This document shows, in pieces, positions 54,493-56,346 of a stretch of 56,346 nucleotides of DNA. Location of the stretch: assembly GCA_014730115.1 (NCBI GenBank), contig WJIU01000027.1, positions 1-56,346 of the forward strand. Direction: 5' to 3'. The position numbers were made by a program, and so were the translations under genes. Every line of letters begins with the position of its first letter. Positions within the stretch are counted from its first letter, which is position 1. The notes beneath the pieces were generated by a model, which worked only from the letters and a program-made list of their open reading frames with translations, had not been told where the DNA came from and did not search any database. Origin of the DNA: Candidatus Micrarchaeota archaeon (GTDB lineage Archaea > Micrarchaeota > Micrarchaeia > Anstonellales > Bilamarchaeaceae).

Positions 54493-56181
54493 ATGATGGA
54501 TCCGTTTATGCAGTTTGCATCGATAATTTTACTCGTATTGGGAGTGTCCGTAATCACGAAACTATTCAAACAGCCATTGATAATCGGCTATATCTTGTCC
54601 GGGGTTATTGCTGGCCCTTTTTTTCTTGATTTGGTCCACGAAAGCGAGGTGCTGTCTGTTTTTTCAGAAATGGGCATAGCGTTTCTTCTTTTCATAGTCG
54701 GATTGCACCTCTCCCCGAAAGTAATAAGCGAAGTGGGCAGAGTGTCTTTGGTGGCCGGGGTTGGGCAGATTGCGTTCACCTCAGCCATAGGCTTCGTTAT
54801 CGGGATGCTCCTCGGTTTTCCGGTTATGACCTCCATATACCTGGCAATAGCCCTGACATTCTCTTCAACAATCATCATCATGAAACTGCTTTCCGACAAG
54901 GACGCATTGGAAAAGCTTTATGGGAAAATCTCAATCGGATTCCTGCTTGTCCAGGACCTGGTGGCGATTTTGATTTTAATGATTGTTTCCTCCATGGCAA
55001 GCGGGACGGGGATGGATGCGGTATTTCAATCAATCATTAATGGCGCGCTCCTTACGCTCATCCTAATCCCGTTCAGTATCTATGTCCTCCCAAGGCTGAC
55101 CGATCATTTTGCCAAATCCCAGGAATTTTTGTTTGTTTTCACCATATCCTGGGGGTTCGGCCTTTCCCTCCTGTTCCTTTACGCGGGTTTTTCCATAGAG
55201 GTGGGCGCGCTGGTTGCGGGAGTCATGCTCTCAATGTCGCCATACAGCCATGAGATTAGCTCAAAGTTGAGGCCCCTGAGGGATTTTTTCATAATGTCAT
55301 TCTTCATAATTTTAGGTAGCCAGATGGCTTTTGGCGACATGAGCTCCCTGATAATACCGGCCATCATCTTTTCAGTATTCATACTGGTTGGCAATCCCTT
55401 CATTGTGATGATTTTAATGGGATTGCTTGGATACACCAAAAAAACCGGATTCATGGCCGGGCTGACAGTTGCCCAGATTTCCGAATTCTCCTTGATTCTT
55501 ATTGCGCTCGGGATAAAATCAGGATCCTTGCCGCAAGAAATCATGTCTTTTGTGACAATAATCGGACTGCTGACCATTGCCGGCTCGACATATATGATAA
55601 TATACTCGGATTCCATATTCAAGAGAATATCCGGGTTCTTGACAATTTTCGAGAGAAAGAATGCCAGGGAGAAAAGCACCACAAAAAAGAAGCGCGACTA
55701 TATCCTTCTGGGATACAACAGAATAGGGTTTTCCATAATACGGGCATTTTCAAAAATATCAAAAAGATTCGTGGTCGTTGACTACAACCCCGGCGTGGTC
55801 AAAGAATTGCAAAACGAGGGTATTGAAGCGGTTTACGGTGATGTCGACAATTCAGAATTCCTTGCGGATTTGGACATCCACAAATCCTCAGTGATTGTAT
55901 CCACAATCCCGGAAAAAGAAACAAATAGGCTAATCTTGGAGGTTTTGGATAGGAACAATGCTAGACCGATTGTTATTTTGACCGCAAGGCAGCTCGAGGA
56001 TGCTCTGGAGTTGTATGATGCTGGCGCAACATATGTCATACTTCCCCACTTTTTAGGGGGGGAGTTCGCCGCACAGCTTATTCAAAAAGCAGGAAAGAAT
56101 AACAGCAAATATCAAAAGGAAAGGAAGCGGGAGATAAAGATTCTAAAGCAGAGATTGAAAATAAAGCATCGCTTCTCCTAA
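54493..56181 (+). CDS. CPA2-family cation:proton antiporter (Kef-type) with C-terminal RCK/TrkA-N domain
   Basis: It has about 12 TM helices (IIGYILSGVIAGP..., FLLFIVGLHLS) and then a Rossmann RCK domain (ILLGYNRIGFSIIRAF...VVVDYNP). Its composition looks more AT-rich than the rest of the window. Confidence 0.85.
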   Translation: MMDPFMQFASIILLVLGVSVITKLFKQPLIIGYILSGVIAGPFFLDLVHESEVLSVFSEMGIAFLLFIVGLHLSPKVISEVGRVSLVAGVGQIAFTSAIGFVIGMLLGFPVMTSIYLAIALTFSSTIIIMKLLSDKDALEKLYGKISIGFLLVQDLVAILILMIVSSMASGTGMDAVFQSIINGALLTLILIPFSIYVLPRLTDHFAKSQEFLFVFTISWGFGLSLLFLYAGFSIEVGALVAGVMLSMSPYSHEISSKLRPLRDFFIMSFFIILGSQMAFGDMSSLIIPAIIFSVFILVGNPFIVMILMGLLGYTKKTGFMAGLTVAQISEFSLILIALGIKSGSLPQEIMSFVTIIGLLTIAGSTYMIIYSDSIFKRISGFLTIFERKNAREKSTTKKKRDYILLGYNRIGFSIIRAFSKISKRFVVVDYNPGVVKELQNEGIEAVYGDVDNSEFLADLDIHKSSVIVSTIPEKETNRLILEVLDRNNARPIVILTARQLEDALELYDAGATYVILPHFLGGEFAAQLIQKAGKNNSKYQKERKREIKILKQRLKIKHRFS

Positions 56182-56346
56182 CCGCTGGGAATGGTTATTG
56201 CGCATCCGTTTGTGAGCAGTTTGTTTATGAAGTTATTAACATGAGAGGCTCGTTTATGGATTAATAAGCCGGGAGCTCGGTTAAAGTCCATATCTATCCG
56301 GACTTAGTTTCTAAACAAGGTCAAAACGGGCTTCTGTTCTGACCTG

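Noticed and set aside
1-56346. CRISPR arrays, rRNA genes, transposases or integrases
   Set aside because: I saw no regularly spaced direct repeats, no rRNA-like sequence, and no DDE, tyrosine or serine recombinase motifs in any ORF. The only mobile element found is the intein.

Overview
This window is an archaeal chromosomal segment. Evidence: proteasome alpha, TBP, Rpo4/F, eL21, eS26, RFC large subunit, XPD, Hef and Lhr helicases, archaeal Pth2, PurP, archaemetzincin, and a two-subunit 2-oxoacid:ferredoxin oxidoreductase. The lineage cannot be fixed from sequence alone. The intron-rich tRNAs resemble Thermoproteales or ARMAN/DPANN-type genomes. Genes are tightly packed on both strands. Many starts sit 4-8 nt after a GGTGA-type Shine-Dalgarno, and several ORF-track starts are GTG/TTG codons lying inside that SD, so I moved them. 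I see no rRNA, no CRISPR array and no transposase. Five tRNAs are present. Three carry introns, and all three follow the same bulge-helix-bulge cutting rule. One of them, tRNA-Phe, appears to carry two introns. The main observations are: (1) uppS is interrupted inside its DGNRRW motif by a 15-nt, stop-containing insert that folds as a bulge-helix-loop splice site, making it a candidate mRNA intron. (2) The OFOR beta subunit carries a 364-aa LAGLIDADG intein inserted in its WCPGCG cysteine motif. (3) An 8.7-kb, translationally coupled operon of unknown function (39.5-48.3 kb) encodes a 1363-aa Arg/Glu-rich protein, a small ORF, a protein with a beta-barrel-like strand pattern, and a secreted Cys-rich acidic protein. 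(4) A glutamine-synthetase homologue has lost most metal-ligand residues. (5) An S-layer-like gene is broken by two homopolymer frameshifts, and an ACT gene by one frameshift. All functional calls rest on motif recognition by eye and none was checked against a database.
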